From positions 1 to 64,000 of the forward strand of contig JYFJ02001844.1 in NCBI GenBank assembly GCA_000934665.2: 64,000 bases of DNA. Direction: 5' to 3'. Positions 13,801-60,275 of this stretch are shown piece by piece. The position numbers were made by a program, and so were the translations under genes. The number at the start of each line of letters is the position of its first letter. Position 1 is the stretch's first letter. The notes under the pieces are model-generated. The model was given only the letters and a program-made list of their open reading frames with translations, made no database searches and was not told the origin of the DNA. This DNA is from Catajapyx aquilonaris. Its lineage: Eukaryota.

Positions 13801-14827
13801 CACAATATACTCGGTTTCTCCGAGGAGAAAAATAACAAAGGATTTTTTTTTCTTCAGGGCACTATCTGTTGATCCCGACCGATACACATATGTTCGGTAT
13901 TACTGACATAGAGGCCCCATAGAGGGCATTGAGATATTACAATTTCGTCAGCATTGTATGAAATTGTGACATTAGCACTGGCTATCATTATGCAGTGCTC
14001 TAAATGCTAACATTCTACAATCACAATATTATCACGAGTTCACGCCACCGACTAGCCGCTACAGAGAACTGTATAAATACACACCTTGCTCCACTAAGCA
14101 GTAAGGTGGTCAATAAAAGAGCTGCTTGGAAGCATTATGATCAAAAATATCAAACTATGTCACGCGAGGTCACTCGGTACACTCAGCAGGGAACACGTAA
14201 CATGACAGTAACATACAGTTCATTAGTTAATGTCCGCTGTTCTCTTCATCGTACATTCAAGATCATGGACACTACGATTTATCCGCAAAAAAAAAAAGAA
14301 TTAATTAAAGGGTTCGCTGGCCTGCACCCAACTGTCATCACATCACTACTCGTTACCTTCTTTCGTAACAAGCTGAAAGCACCCATTCATCAACCATGAA
14401 GTTACACATGACTTAACGACTAAACCGCATGTTAATGCTGATATTAAAATTTCCCCCAAATTCTGCTACAAATACTTTAAAAATTGGCAGCAAAATTTCA
14501 CATAAATGGCAAAAAGAGCGATCCGAAACAAATTCAAATGTAATGGCCACTTTCATTTCGTTCAGCACTTTAATACCAATTCATTCGGAAATTTCATTGC
14601 TAATGCAGTCGCTACAATTTATTAACGGTGCGTTCGTATTTGGTTACAACGACATACGAAAAGTACATGGTATCAATAAGTGCCATGTAAATTGCGGTAA
14701 ATTGTGTAAATATGACAATACCAACGAACCCTTCAATTACACGCAACACTGCCTTGCCATCACATTTCCATCATAAAATTAACCGCCAACACTATATAGG
14801 AACACACACTGTAACTCCCACGTTGAT

Positions 14828-15589
14828 TCACTCTGTGGCCAATACACTAAGGTTCGGAAGTGCCGCCTTGAGATACATAACCCCCAACTCGGTGACCTTA
14901 GTCCCCGCCAAGTATATGTGGGTGAGGGTAGTGCAGCACGGGTTCAGGTCATCCGGGTCGTGACTTCGAGACGGCTGCAACTGATGGTACCCCCCTCCTC
15001 GGCTTCCTCCATGGTGACCACCTGACCCCCATTTGAGGCTCAGCCCCTTCAGTCTTCCCACCACATTCTGCCACTTCCTCTTCATATACACATTCCGCTT
15101 CAGACACAGCCGTCGCACCCCATCGTCGCTGACTTGCTTGGAATGGGTCACGTTGAGAAGATGCAAAGTCCTGCAGGTTCCTCCAACCACCCCCAGAATC
15201 TCGTTATCGCAGGCCTCCTCCAGAGTCAGATCCTGCAAGAGGCACATGGTGCTCAGCGCCTGCAGCAGCAAATCGCGGTTCAGCGGATGACACGGGTAGT
15301 TCAGCCTCTGTAGCGACTCTCCTATAGGCTGCAAGGACAACAGGGACAATACCGGATCCAACTCCAAACTGGCCCAGTGGTAGTCGATGGGCACCCACAT
15401 GGCCCGGCAGGTCAACGTGTTCTCCATCAGCTCGCTTCTGATCCGACTCGGCAGCAACAGCAAATATGAACCCAATCTGGTAATATTCCGATTGCTAAGT
15501 GGTACCGACAATGCCCCCTGCATCCGGGTCACCATCTCCTGAAGAGCCAAGGACCTCAAGGTGGGCACCAAGCACCCTCCACATGCCAT
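14828..15589 (-). CDS. Intronless 253-aa leucine-rich-repeat protein with BC-box/Cul2-box-like N-terminus, nested in PPTC7 intron 1
   Basis: GC-rich open frame from ATG to TGA. Cys-containing LRRs: LQDLTLEEACDNEILGVVGGTC, LHLLNVTHSKQVSDDGVRRL, LTHIYLAGTKVTELGVMYLKAALPNL. N-terminal motifs PTLRSLALQEM and LPSRIRSEL. Confidence 0.8.
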   Translation of the reverse strand: MACGGCLVPTLRSLALQEMVTRMQGALSVPLSNRNITRLGSYLLLLPSRIRSELMENTLTCRAMWVPIDYHWASLELDPVLSLLSLQPIGESLQRLNYPCHPLNRDLLLQALSTMCLLQDLTLEEACDNEILGVVGGTCRTLHLLNVTHSKQVSDDGVRRLCLKRNVYMKRKWQNVVGRLKGLSLKWGSGGHHGGSRGGGYHQLQPSRSHDPDDLNPCCTTLTHIYLAGTKVTELGVMYLKAALPNLSVLATE

Positions 15590-18132
15590 CCTGTACCGGC
15601 ACCTCCAAAACGATCTATATCAATTACTAGTAAGCTCCAGTAGCTCCGATCAGTTTCCAGCCTCCTATCCAACTATCCTCTCCGGCTTCTCAACATAGCC
15701 ATACCCCCCATGCTCCTGCGCCGCCGCTCTGATACCCCCGGTTGCCTGCAGCCATCAGGACACCGCACACAAAGTGAGTCTTGGTCCCGGCTCAAAGTCG
15801 ATGACGGCAAAAGTGCCTCCGATAAACCAAGCCGCCCCTAGGACTATGATAGGGTGAATCAACCGCAAGCACTTTTTTTCAGGACGTTGACTTTTCCTGT
15901 GGTCAAATAAAGCTGGCGTTTCCAATTTCCGTTGTACACGTTGCTTATTACGTACAACGCATCAGGATATGATTGAAACTAGTTTGAACAGCATATGGTG
16001 CTCCAATATGCTGACTGGCAGATTTCGCTTGTCGATGATGGTGCTCAAATGCAAAAATTCCGGGATAGATTATTAAGAATTCAGCACTCAAAGGAATTTT
16101 CAATACTGCTCGGCGTGCCTGAAAATCTAGATTTTTCTCCTACTGCAATCCAATATTGCAGGCTTCATGTTGCCTCGCGTACAATTTCATGCATCGTTAT
16201 CCACGTGTAATACAACCTGTTAAATTATGGCAAGCTATAGTCGTGGCTCGACTAACTCGTACTACACTTTCCAACACTGTATATGTCTGGTGGATACTTC
16301 CGGACAAACACCAGTCTAATAGGATGCTCGTTCCAGTGTGAAGTTGATGGTTTTTATGCGCCCTGACCTCAACGGGCTTATTTGCAGAAGGAAAAAGCTG
16401 TAGTAAACACGACCCTATCAGCCAGCCACAGTCTTCAAAGCATGCGGATGTTACATGGGTTCTTGGTTCTCAATAGTTGGCTTATTACTTGTACTTATTG
16501 AGTTCAGCAAAATTAAGGGCACGCCCTATTATACAATAACTAAAAAATATTTGAACTGGCTGCTTCGCGGTGTTGATGGATTGCTCCAGCCAAGTTCGTG
16601 GCGTGAGTAATTCATCAAAGCCCGCCAATTCAAACCTCACCAATTACTTTTTGAACAATATTAGAAAACTACGTGGGTTGCTTCAGTAAACCTAGAATAG
16701 TGGTGCTTCAGTATAACTCAAGTGCATCCGTGTAACTTTGTTCCCACATTGTATCCTCAAGTACAAGTTACTCATTTCCTACATCAGCGTCAGGTGGTAC
16801 CGCTGTAATCTCCAGAACAAATAAGAACCAGCTGACACCCTGCACCATCAGCGGTCATCCAACTTGCGACGTATCCTCCTGAAACACGAATCCTCTCCTT
16901 TTCCCCCATCCAATTAATTCATGTTGAATTGGTGTAATTTGGCTGAAGAACCTCGGGATATAAAACGTCTTATCTACGGATATCCGCTGCCAATGCAGAG
17001 TTTGAGAGCCCGACCGATCTCCATCGAGCGTGCGTGATTGGAATGGGAAGCTGTAAAAGCCGTCAGCTATTCCTCGCTGGAGTCGACAATTTGCATCCAC
17101 ACAAGGCACTTGGGCCGTCGACGCCAATTGGCAGGGCCGTCATTGGCCTCCTATATTCGGTGGGAATGGCAACGAGTGTTTCCTCTCCTTCAAGACACCA
17201 ACCAGGCGCCACCTTCTTTTGCAATTCCAATGGCGGTCACCCACACCATAAAAACTGCGCCCCGAAAAAAATAAATCACCGCACGTGGATTTTCAAGTAG
17301 ACCTTTTAATAAAGCTGTTCGCCAAATTAGTCCAATGTTAATTTACGGTCCGGCTCATTAACCAACCAAGCTTCAGTAAATAATGACGCTGCTCAAACGG
17401 GTTAATTGAGCGAGAACTTGACAAGTCGGTCTAACCCTGAGGGTGTCAGACTGAACCATATCTTCTCTTTCAAGATTACATCGTGCGGAAAAGAACCAAT
17501 GATCCTCCATACACCCAGGACATTTTTCTTGAAAAGCCTCCCAATTTTTCCCCAATACCGCCTGGTAATAATTAACGTGAACCGCATTATCACTGTGAAA
17601 ATGGCAACACAATGCAATTACACTGCCAGACTTTTTAGAACCAAAAATTACTATAAGTGGTCCAATAACAAGCGACACAGCTGGCGGGTTTAGTTTGGCC
17701 ACTTTTGGCATCCAAATTATGTCCTGCGACGTAGCCAGCAGATAGGTTGTCCCTTGACAGGTTTTGAGTACGTATAACCTGTGGCAACCTGCTCCAATAA
17801 AATTACTTCATGCATCCCTGATGTCAATGTCATTAGTCACGCTATATCGCAAGAGCAAATGAAGCGGACTATTTTGCACCTGTCAGCAATTCTTCACTTA
17901 CATAATTTTTTACGCGCGTATTCGCCTAGCTTGATTGAGCCATATCGTACATGACATTCGCGGATTTTTCGCGAAACGATTAGTGAGAAATCAGTACAAA
18001 ATAATTGAATTCGTGATTTCTACACTCGATTTTTGTTTCAATTCAAATCCAGATACATGGACATACTCTAAATTTCCAATGTAGCTTAATGCTTAAAAAT
18101 TATGTGGAGAGCGAAAATATTCATTTTCTACA

Positions 18133-18547
18133 AGGGACACTCCACTCAAAAAACAAGTTTGGGTCTAAAAAATCGGGCAAAAAATCCTGAATCCGACGGC
18201 GCAATTCTTTTTACGCTACTCGGAACGGTAATCCCAGGGCGAGGTGTCAAAGTATGTCGTCTGCTAATGAGCGGCGCCGCCACGCGAAGAACAGTGGAAC
18301 TGGACGGCTGCATCGCTCTGGGATTGGCCTAAGCGCGCGGGCAGGCGGGAGCAGCCCTCCGGTTCCGAAGGTCCCGAGGGCGTCGCTGGCGGACGGCCAG
18401 CTTCTAGCGCACTATTTGAATTTCCCCACTTTGACCCCTCGCCCTGGGATTACCGTTCCGCGTAGCGAAAACCGGATTGCACCTTCGGATTCAGTATTTT
18501 CTGCCCGATTTTTAGAGCCAAACTTGTTTTTTGAGTGGAGTGTCCCT
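18133..18547. mobile_element. MITE with long TIRs, Kolobok-like ends
   Basis: AGGGACACTCCACTCAAAAAACAAGTTTGG...CCAAACTTGTTTTTTGAGTGGAGTGTCCCT. The inverted arms run about 120 bp around a GC-rich core. The right flank is TTAA and the left flank a degenerate TACA. The superfamily call is tentative. Confidence 0.8.
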
Positions 18548-20031
18548 TTAATGAAAAATCTAGAAGGGGATTACCTTCATTTTCATCTCTATGCATAGCC
18601 TGCATGGAAAATCCTTCCACTTCAATAGCTGTAAAAATATATGTAGTTTTCACCATTCCTACGCGGTACTTCTGGGAATGTATAGCGTTCATACCCAATT
18701 TATACTTCATACAGAACCGCCACAGGGGTAAATGCTCGCCTCATAGCCCCACAACATCGTCAAAGCAATACGAACCTGGATATGACATGTCATTCCGCTC
18801 CAAATGCCTTCCAGAATCATTCGTGACGGTGAAAAGAAAGCTATTATGAAGGTGGTGTGATGGGATTGATTCGACTTTCTCCGGGTGCGTTTATCTGGAG
18901 GGAACCACCTCAGTCGACATATTCCACCTCACAAAGAATCCCGCCTGGGGGTACTCCCGCATTAATATGTCACAGAAGCCATGCTCTGTACGTGACACAC
19001 TTTGCCTCCAAGCCCCTAATGGCCCATTGCAGCCTAAATGGACGCGTGCACAAACAGATAAGAACCAGCCATTTATTTCTGCGCCCATTTTTATCATCGT
19101 TGATGCAACTGCGTATTTTGCCAGCAATAAAAATTCATAACGTGCTGGGTATTTCACAATTAATCTGACATCCGGATCGACGGAAATGAGGGGGACACTC
19201 CACATCACAGCCTCTGGATACGTTCGGAAGCGTTCGTGTGAGTCCGGGAGTGCTCGGATAATTTCGGGAATGTTCGGTTAAGTCAGCGATGAGTTCGGGA
19301 GCATGCAATTCTGAGCAATATTTTCCATGCACTTATTTACAAGCAAACTTCACAAGTACAATTCTCCTCCGATCTGTTGATACAACGCACAACCTGGCAC
19401 AACCTAATTATAATCATCCCAATCAGAGACACGTTGCCATGGAAGCAGCACGGCAACCCCGGCATCCAAGAACCGCTCGAATAAGCGAGATCTCATCATT
19501 GTGCACCAAGTCAGGAGTGAAAAGGAAGCCCTTGCTTGGAGTGGGCGCGTGTTAGGGACGTAAAGGAACTAAATTTTACGGATTAATAAAGCCCGGGTGG
19601 CCAGCGAACTAATTGGCCCGGCTACAGCCTAATTGCAGCCGGAGCAAGAGAAGCTCAATCCCCTGGCACTAACCACAGGATTGCTGTCCGAAGTGGCTCC
19701 TGTCCATTTGCACTAACCAAATGGGGAGCGCGACTCCTCCAAAAACTAGGAGACCATCCAAGGAGTGTCCACTTGGGACAATATTTGCACTCAGCATGTA
19801 GCGATCAAGCGGACAGTAAGCTGAATTTCACCCCCCAACCAGCAGTGTCAACACGGACTTTTTCCATGTGAGTGCAGATGGGTAGTGCCCTTTAAAAAGT
19901 CGAAATTTGGACGCGAACCAAAAGGAAGCGTCTATGTTCCCACCCACCCATCGCCCATACTTTGTTTTGAGGGCACAGACCTCACCCGGGTACTGTCCAC
20001 TGCATGGGGATGTACTTATATAGTAGGCATA

Positions 20032-20227
20032 CAGTGTTGGACATTAATCGTGTCGTAATGCTAGCAGACGTGTAAATCGAAGTGATAGCGAAGTGGTAGG
20101 CCTTGGTGACGTCACCCAAGGCCTACCATTTCTCTCTCGGACGGCTCACACTCGATCAATTCGATTTGCACGACTGCCGCATCAGAAAATGTCGCTAGCA
20201 GTATGACGGAATTAATGTCCAACACTA
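20032..20227. mobile_element. MITE family A, copy 1 (TA-flanked, CAGTGTTGGACATTAAT TIR)
   Basis: TA|CAGTGTTGGACATTAAT...ATTAATGTCCAACACT. The body is near-palindromic and centred on TGACGTCA (20107-20114); it is homologous to 27952-28176. Confidence 0.8.
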
Positions 20228-20278
20228 GAATTAATTATAACATATTTGGCACGAATTTTTCTTATTTAAAAAATTTAA

Positions 20279-20560
20279 CCGAAGCAGGTTGGCATAGTGG
20301 ATAAGGCGTCCGACTGCTAATTGGGAGGTCCTGGGTTCGAATCTCGGGGCCGGCAACTCTGACCGTGGTTTTCTGTGGTTTCCCACGGTCCTTCCAGGAA
20401 AATTCCGGAGTTGCTTTCGTAATTAATAGGCCACAGCCGCTTCCTTCCGTCCCTATCCTATCCCAAAGAGCACAGTAAAATGAAAGCAAAGAGTTCCAGG
20501 CAAAACAAACTTCCCCCCTAAAGAGCCGATGACTGATAACGGGGTATGAATTATGAATTA
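20279..20560 (+). mobile_element. tRNA-derived SINE
   Basis: Pol III A box TGGCATAGTGG (20290-20300) and B box GGTTCGAATCT (20334-20344), followed by a non-tRNA body (GGTTTTCTGTGGTTTCCC...GGCCACAGCCGCTTCCTTCC) and a short repeated tail (ATGAATT)x2. Near-identical flanks TTTAAAAAATTTAA / TTTAAAAATTTAA look like a TSD. Confidence 0.85.
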
Positions 20561-23500
20561 TTTTAAAAATTTAATTGGTAGGTCATTACTTCTAAAATGC
20601 CAGCAACTCTCAAGTACAGTGTGTTCCGAATTAATTTCCAATTATGGCGAGCGTTTTCTATTCAACTTTTCTGCTCAGTAGACAAAAATTGCACACAATA
20701 ATTTTTAATACACACCACAATCCTGCCCATTTTCCTGGATTATGCAAAAAAAAAAAAAACAATGCCTTGATTAGTACACGCAATTGCGTCACATTTTCGC
20801 CGTCCTTGTAACCTTCATTAGCAAATAATACCCCAACCAGCTCGGACCAAATGACCTCCACTTTTTCCTCTACTTCGCCCGGGAAAAAATATTCTAGGAG
20901 CTAGAAAAAAAGTATGCTTAATTTCCTCAGTTCAAGGGAGACTTCCTTTGTCATCATCTGACAACCAGCTGCGCCTCCTTGGCACCATCTGGCAATAAAA
21001 TGTGCAAATCCACTTTCCAACTTTTCGTATGCAAATCCACACCTTATTCCCCGCTGCGTAATCAGTGACGCAAAGTCCATTAGACTTCACTAGGAAAACT
21101 GGGTACCTGCCAGAGCAATCTAGCGGTGGCAGACAACACTAGAGAGAAGCTAGTAACGCCGCCTACTATCCGAGGTCGGATCTATTTACGATTCAAAATA
21201 TTGCCCGATAGACGTCATAGCATGAGCAAGTGTATATCAAGCACTATTATCTGGTATCAACAATGTGAAAATGTGTCATTCACTTTCTGGGTATCGAGGA
21301 CGTAACCTTGGGCATTAATTTTGCTCATGACGCAAATGTCCATAAGAAACATTCACCAATACGCATAGATCCGAAACATTATATTTATAATTAAATATAA
21401 AATTTAAATTAAATTTCATTAAAAAATGTGAAGATATTTCGTAAGAAAAAAAATGGTGGTAATCCACCCCCCTAAAATGGGGTAACGCTTTTTTTTTAAA
21501 AAAAAAATCATAACATTTTTATTACCGGTACAGTACAAGCCACGGCTATGACACAACAGCACGTCAGCACTCAAATACTGGTAGTTTGTTGACCCATGAA
21601 ACCGGTCATATAATGACTCCATATCACCATGTAAAACGATGGGCGTTGCCAGTTGGGCTAACATTGTACTGTACATTCCAAAAAAAAATGCTCTAAGAAT
21701 ACAGCCTCCTAAGGCCGGCGTCCAAAAAACCAAAAGGTCAGTCCAGTAAAAATAGAACCGTCAAAAGTAAGCAAGTTACAAGTGCGTGACGCTGTTCTGA
21801 ACATACACTCATATAATCTATGGGGTGATACCCTAGAATCCGTAGGGTCACATATTCAGAGCGTTGCGTCGTTTATTCTGCGTTCCATTACACACTGGTT
21901 GCGCAACAGTGCAATGTGCAACATGTGTGATTCCGTACGCACGTGACCTACAAGACATGCTCCAAGTGGAAGGGATGGCGTGTTGACAATTTGCCTTCAC
22001 CTTGACTTTTACATAACTGCACATTTTTTCTACCACAAAAATTTATTTCGCGAACCTAACCCACCCACACCCTAGGCTAGAGCATAGATATCGAACGCTA
22101 GCTCAAAACTAGGCCAACGCCCCACTCCTAACCCACCCACTCCTAGACCAAAACCTGCAAGCTCAAGGAGACGAGTTTCACAAATTTCTCATTCACTTCA
22201 AGCATGTCGTATATCATATTTTAACTGTATCTTATCAGGTTGTCATTCGCAGTATTTGAAGGCTTGACGACACAAGGAGCGCACGCCCACCATGTGGAAA
22301 AATCTCCTGATGAAAAGGTCATAATTTTCAGAATATGCGGAATGGACACGAGTCAGCTTGTAATATGCAATGACACAAAAATTACAGGGCTGCTAGGGTG
22401 AGGTCGATGACTGGGACCGAACTGGCTTAGCTCTTGAATTAATCAAGAAGCTTGTACCGTGAAGAGCGGTACGGTTAGTTCCTAAAAAATTCTGGTGTCT
22501 TGTTATCCACAGTCCATGGATTCAAAGTCCTATCAAATTTCTGCACGCAGTAAAATAATATTATTGTTTCAAAAATAGATGTGGTGTCATGAGCCATTTG
22601 ATATGGGGTGAATGATTGAAGTCTTGTCAGGAGCCAGGTGTGCTGCAGGCAGCTTCTCACCACGGGTGGCCCTTTGGCTCCTGACAACAGGTACATCACT
22701 CTTGATGCAGAAAATATTACGCTGTCCTACCAGGACATGTAACGATATGCAGGGAACATATTATTCATATTGTGCAAGGACTGTGGGTTGTAAACATGAT
22801 CTTATTCTTGTAGCAGCTGCTCATACTGTCATCATATGCCAATTCATGTAAGAAATTAATCAAATTTTATCCTAAATTCACTACGTGATGTCAATTACTG
22901 TATCATTTTAAAGCCTGTATGCTCCCATGCATTAAAGTACCTGGTAACCTACATCGTCACATGATTCCAGTCTTCATCTTATCAGTATTGTAGTCTATAA
23001 TGACTGCTTGCCCTGGTCAAGCACTTGGATAGATCTCATTTTGACAACACTTCCCATTACCCACAACATTTCTAGTGAAGATAAAGTGAAGCACCACAGG
23101 CTTGATGCGATCAGCTGCTTATGGGCTGCAACATGAGCAAATGACAACAAAGCTGGAACTCACTCACTTCATTATCATACCACAGGAACTTTCAAGGTAC
23201 TTCAACTATTGAAGAATGTATTCCTTGGCAATCATCCTATATATTGTATGCAATTACTACACTGCATATTTATCACATTTTGTTGATCAATCAGAGCTAC
23301 CACACCAACATTATGTAACATGACATATGTTTCTCAAGTTCCTCAGCTGACAGTTGCAGTGCAAGCATCAAAACGTCACTGGTCATGCCCAGACAAGTAT
23401 TTAAGTAAACTTGTGAAGCAAGTGCTAAAGTATGATACAAGGTAGCAACACAAAGAATATGGCAGTCACATACTATTCTCCTACAGCCATTATTTCACAA

Positions 23501-24532
23501 CTGCCTTATCCCTGAACACACTCATTTACACCTTGCCATCTACGGGAGGTGCTAATCAGTGAGCTTCTCTCAGAATATTTTATTACAGGAAACAACACTG
23601 ACAAGCGAGTGCAACGTGTCACAGTTAATAAGAGTCATACGCTCAAGGAATAGTGAGAACTAATACTGGGTCTTATTGTGTTCATTTACATGCAGCCCTG
23701 ACATATTCCATTGAACCTGGATGCAGCTTTGCCAATAACCGGGGAAAAAAGAAAACACCCTCATTCACTATCCACATGCAAATGAAACATGAGTGAGCTC
23801 AACACAATACATTGCTAGGCACACGACATTACTGTATGAACAAAGAAACGTGACCTATGGAACATTCTACTACATAATTTAAATTGGGGCAGTGCACTTC
23901 ACCCTTGAAAAAGTCATTGGTCTTGCAAGTGAAACACATTTGATAAACACTTTGACAAGGGTGGAAATGACTCAATTGAAGTATTTTAAACAATTTCCAC
24001 ATCATTTCAACAACGTGATGCCGGTTTAGTGCAGCAGGGTCACACTGTGTTTGGCAGATACTCCGTATGTTTTCTAAAAGTTTTTCTCCATGGCTACTAG
24101 GCTATAGTGTATAGTTATGTTGCTAAAAGAGTAACTTGGTAAAATAATTAGAATGGATTTTACGCCTGAGTCACTCCATGCTACTCATTTCATGAGTGGA
24201 AAAAACCCAACATACACCACCCTTGTCTATAGAACTTGTCAACTAGGGTCCCACTTTGCAGACAACCCAGTGCGCCTCACCACCTCAGTTGTCTCTTTAC
24301 ATCGTTAAATAATATCAAAGGTTAACGACACTGTCATCGAGAGACATGAGGGTGATTGCAATTCTGCTGTACCACCAACATTGCCCTAACCTCCAAACGG
24401 TCATAGCGAGCCACTGTTGGCTTCGTTATTGCTCTACCATGTCATAACCAATACGGAGCAGCTGTGCACTCGGTTGTAATCACCTTGCCTTCGCAACTGC
24501 CATGAAGCCGCATTCCCCCATCCCCAACTCAC

Positions 24533-24782
24533 CCACAACATCAGCCGCCTTGTGCCTAGCGATGAACCACGAGTCGTCTCCAAACTGTCCCTTCCTGCAC
24601 TTGGCATGAACCTGGTCCTTTGGGAACCCTGACACCGCAGACACCATCCTCCCCTTTGCTTTGGCCGCCGCCGGTGTGGAAGCCGATGCGGCCGCCCCGA
24701 TCCCAGGCTCGGATAGGTTGTACAAACCATTAGCCAAGGCCCTGGTGACCAGCCTCCCGGCCAGCACCACACTCTGCATCAT
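24533..24782 (-). CDS. PPTC7: PTC7-type PP2C phosphatase, coding exon 1
   Basis: MMQSVVLAGRLVTRALANGLY... (basic, presequence-like N-terminus) then VSAVSGFPKD...KGQFGDDSWFIARHKAADVV|G, a typical PTC7 GDD motif. The donor G|gtgagt at 24532 is phase-compatible with exon 2. An upstream in-frame ATG at 24824 is an alternative start. Confidence 0.9.
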
Positions 24783-27160
24783 GGTCTTGGTGCTCGCCAC
24801 TCCCCCCGCTGCTCCGATCAACATACACACTCACTCAATCACTACCTATCAAGTCGCGATCTCCCTACCGACCAGTGGTCTCATGGTCCCTCAATGCCTG
24901 ACCAAATTGTCCGCACCGTGGCCTTCGACCCCAGACCACCAGACTTCTTTATTCCTCGTGCACACTTCTGCGTGTGATCAGTAGGCACAACGAGCTTCCC
25001 GCTACGGACGAATGGAGGCGACACTTGCGAAGCAGGGTTACCACGCTCTTTAAAATTTTGAGCTTTTTTTGAGCACCTAGTGGGGAAACGTAGGGTATAA
25101 TTAAAGGTACACACTGTATAAATAAGTTTTAGCATAAATTGAGACTGGTATTTCTAATTGCGCAACGGCGTTGTCCCTTTGTTCTAATGACAGACGGAAC
25201 GAATGGACCGCGAAATGGGATTTGAGGAACGGAGCGGATGGGAATGGCGGGATGTTTGATCATATTTGCAGTGAGTGGACCTAACTTAAGCGTGTAATCC
25301 GCACACTTTGTGCCAAGCTTTGTGCAGTCCGGATTAAGAAGTGGGGAGTCCGAATTCTGCAAATTCTCCAAAATAGGGCTCATTTTTCAGCCATTTCCCA
25401 ATTTTCGAGCATGGGAAGGTTTTGAGACCCAATTTTTTATGACTTACATATGGCTAATGTGATTCTTGTCAAGAATCAAGTCTTGCAGAAAAAAGTACTA
25501 AGTTTATGTCAACTCTTTGTCGAAATTCACTCCGTGATTCTTTCATTTCACATCTCAGACGGACTGCATAACATAATCTTAAAAATGCAGTAGCTTTATA
25601 TCTTAGACACTGTACTCATCGCAAATGAAGTTGCCCCACCCATTTTCGCCAGATGTCCCGCTCTGTTGCTGGAAAAACAAACTAATTTTATAATGGGTAT
25701 GAAATGAGTATAAACCGGAGTAAAATGAGCCTGAACTTAAATAATGACAATCCCAAGTACATTATCATTTTGACTACGATAACCTCGTAAATTGATGCAG
25801 ATTACTTCAAAACGTTTCCTTATCATGTAACGCACTATTATTTTTTTGCATTTATGACTCATTGCTCAGTTGCTCCACAGTTGTTTCTCATTACTCTGGT
25901 TGCTGAAAGAAATCCATAAATGCTTCTCTTGAGGACACGGGATACTTACCTTCAAAACTACTTACTATATGACAGGACCAACGAAGAAGCGGCCAAACAA
26001 CAGTTGTTTGGGCCGTTTCATCATTGTCAAATGTTTGTTCAGTGATTGAATACTTATTGGAACCCCAATAGTTACTATTGGCGTCTCCGCAATAAGTATT
26101 CAATCACTGTACAAACAAACATTTGCATACCGGTACCTGTCAAATCAGTCCAGGTACAACTAATCTCACTTGAAGCATCCCAGCATGAGTTACTGAAATT
26201 GAATCTTCCTCATAGCCATTCGTCAATGTATGTGATTGGATTCAGGGATTCAAGAAATAACGAGCACAAATAACATGTTCATAGAGTATTCGTGGATAAA
26301 AATGTAATTATTCGTGTTCTACAAATATTAGTAATAATAAGTGACTCCGTACACATGGCAACTCCACTTGAAGAATAAGACAAAAAAGAGAAACAAATTC
26401 TTCATCTTCACTATCGATAGCAGTTCCCTAGAACCCTTCTCTATTCATAAAACACTGGAACTCACGGCATGCTCATCCAAAACAGTAATCGTGTTGCAGC
26501 GTATAAAAGAATAAAATATATCCCATGACCATTGCAAATGCTGGTTAAAAGTTACAATACCCATATCACAGAGATTTATTCGTGAAAATAATATTTCTTG
26601 CTGTTGAAATCAAGCGCACTAGAGTATCTCACTAGTGTGATTACGAATTATTGTTAGATTATTATGCTCTATATCAATTCCTTAGGAACTTCCCACGGAA
26701 CAATTGTATTAGTGAGAATATTGTCTTGTAGGCCATATAGCTGAAATAGTAACAAATTAGTACTCCCTTTTAAGCATAATAAAATGGTTGATGTCTGTCA
26801 GTAACAATATAATTGGACTGGAGCACCTTTTCAGTCTAGTTGTTCTTTTTTCGACTAGTTGGATGATCCGACCTTGGTATACGCTCTACGGATAAAAAGT
26901 ATTATAGTAGGAAATAGCATTTTCCTTATCAGAAGGACAACCCCTTAATCAAAGGACAATTAATTATACGACAGTAAACTCACCGAATCCCAAAAAAATC
27001 TGCAAGCGTCAGCTTGCTACCCTCGTGTAAAATTATTTTTTTACAAAACAAAATCCTGAATATCGTATCAAACATCTACCATGAAACTACTGCCAATATC
27101 GACACAGCCTCAATGTACATAAAAAAGGAACAATAAATTTGGGCTGTGTCCTTCCAAAAT

Positions 27161-59715
<32,555 letters not shown>

Positions 59716-60275
59716 GGTCGATTCTACTAAATCACTATCATCCTCTGGAAAATTCAGATCAACAAACCCAATAAAACCTGTTGCAGCACGAGAACTAAAC
59801 TGAACTGACCGGCAACCTGGTAATAGCAGTACTAAAGGTGGGCACCACCAGTCATAGTGGTAGGCCCTCCAACTCCAAGAGGCCCTTGAGTATGGACACT
59901 ATACAAATCCCAGCTGCGAAAAGGAAAGTGTCGTAGGTGTAGGCGCGGGTTTAACCTGTCTATGTAGGACTTTTTTCTATACCATCGCCATTTCTCTTGC
60001 CTACTTTTAAATATATGCATGGTCCTTTTCCGGTGTCGCCTAAGCCTGTATTTTGTCACTGCCACTATTGCCATGCTTCGTTCGGTAACGACCTGCCTGC
60101 GTAGATAGCAATCTTACATGCGATGCACGTATTTCCGCCTATCTGTAGTAGTTATAGTCACAAGGCCATGTGCTAATTAGAACTACGTATTTAAGCACAT
60201 TATGTACTAAAATGTATATTTTACACACCTGGTGCATTTTACAGAACATGGTGCATACTGTTAGTAGATATGTAT

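Noticed and set aside
12951..13906. Cluster of 88-98-aa ORFs in PPTC7 intron 1
   Set aside because: No recognisable motifs, no consistent strand and no splice support.
20281..20355. tRNA gene
   Set aside because: It has A and B boxes but no clean cloverleaf or oligo-T terminator, and continues into a SINE body with tail and TSD.
21450..21500. Short sequence shared with about 48277-48330 (AAATGGTGGTAWTCCACCCCC...GGGGTAACG)
   Set aside because: Probably a fragment of a dispersed repeat; too short to classify.
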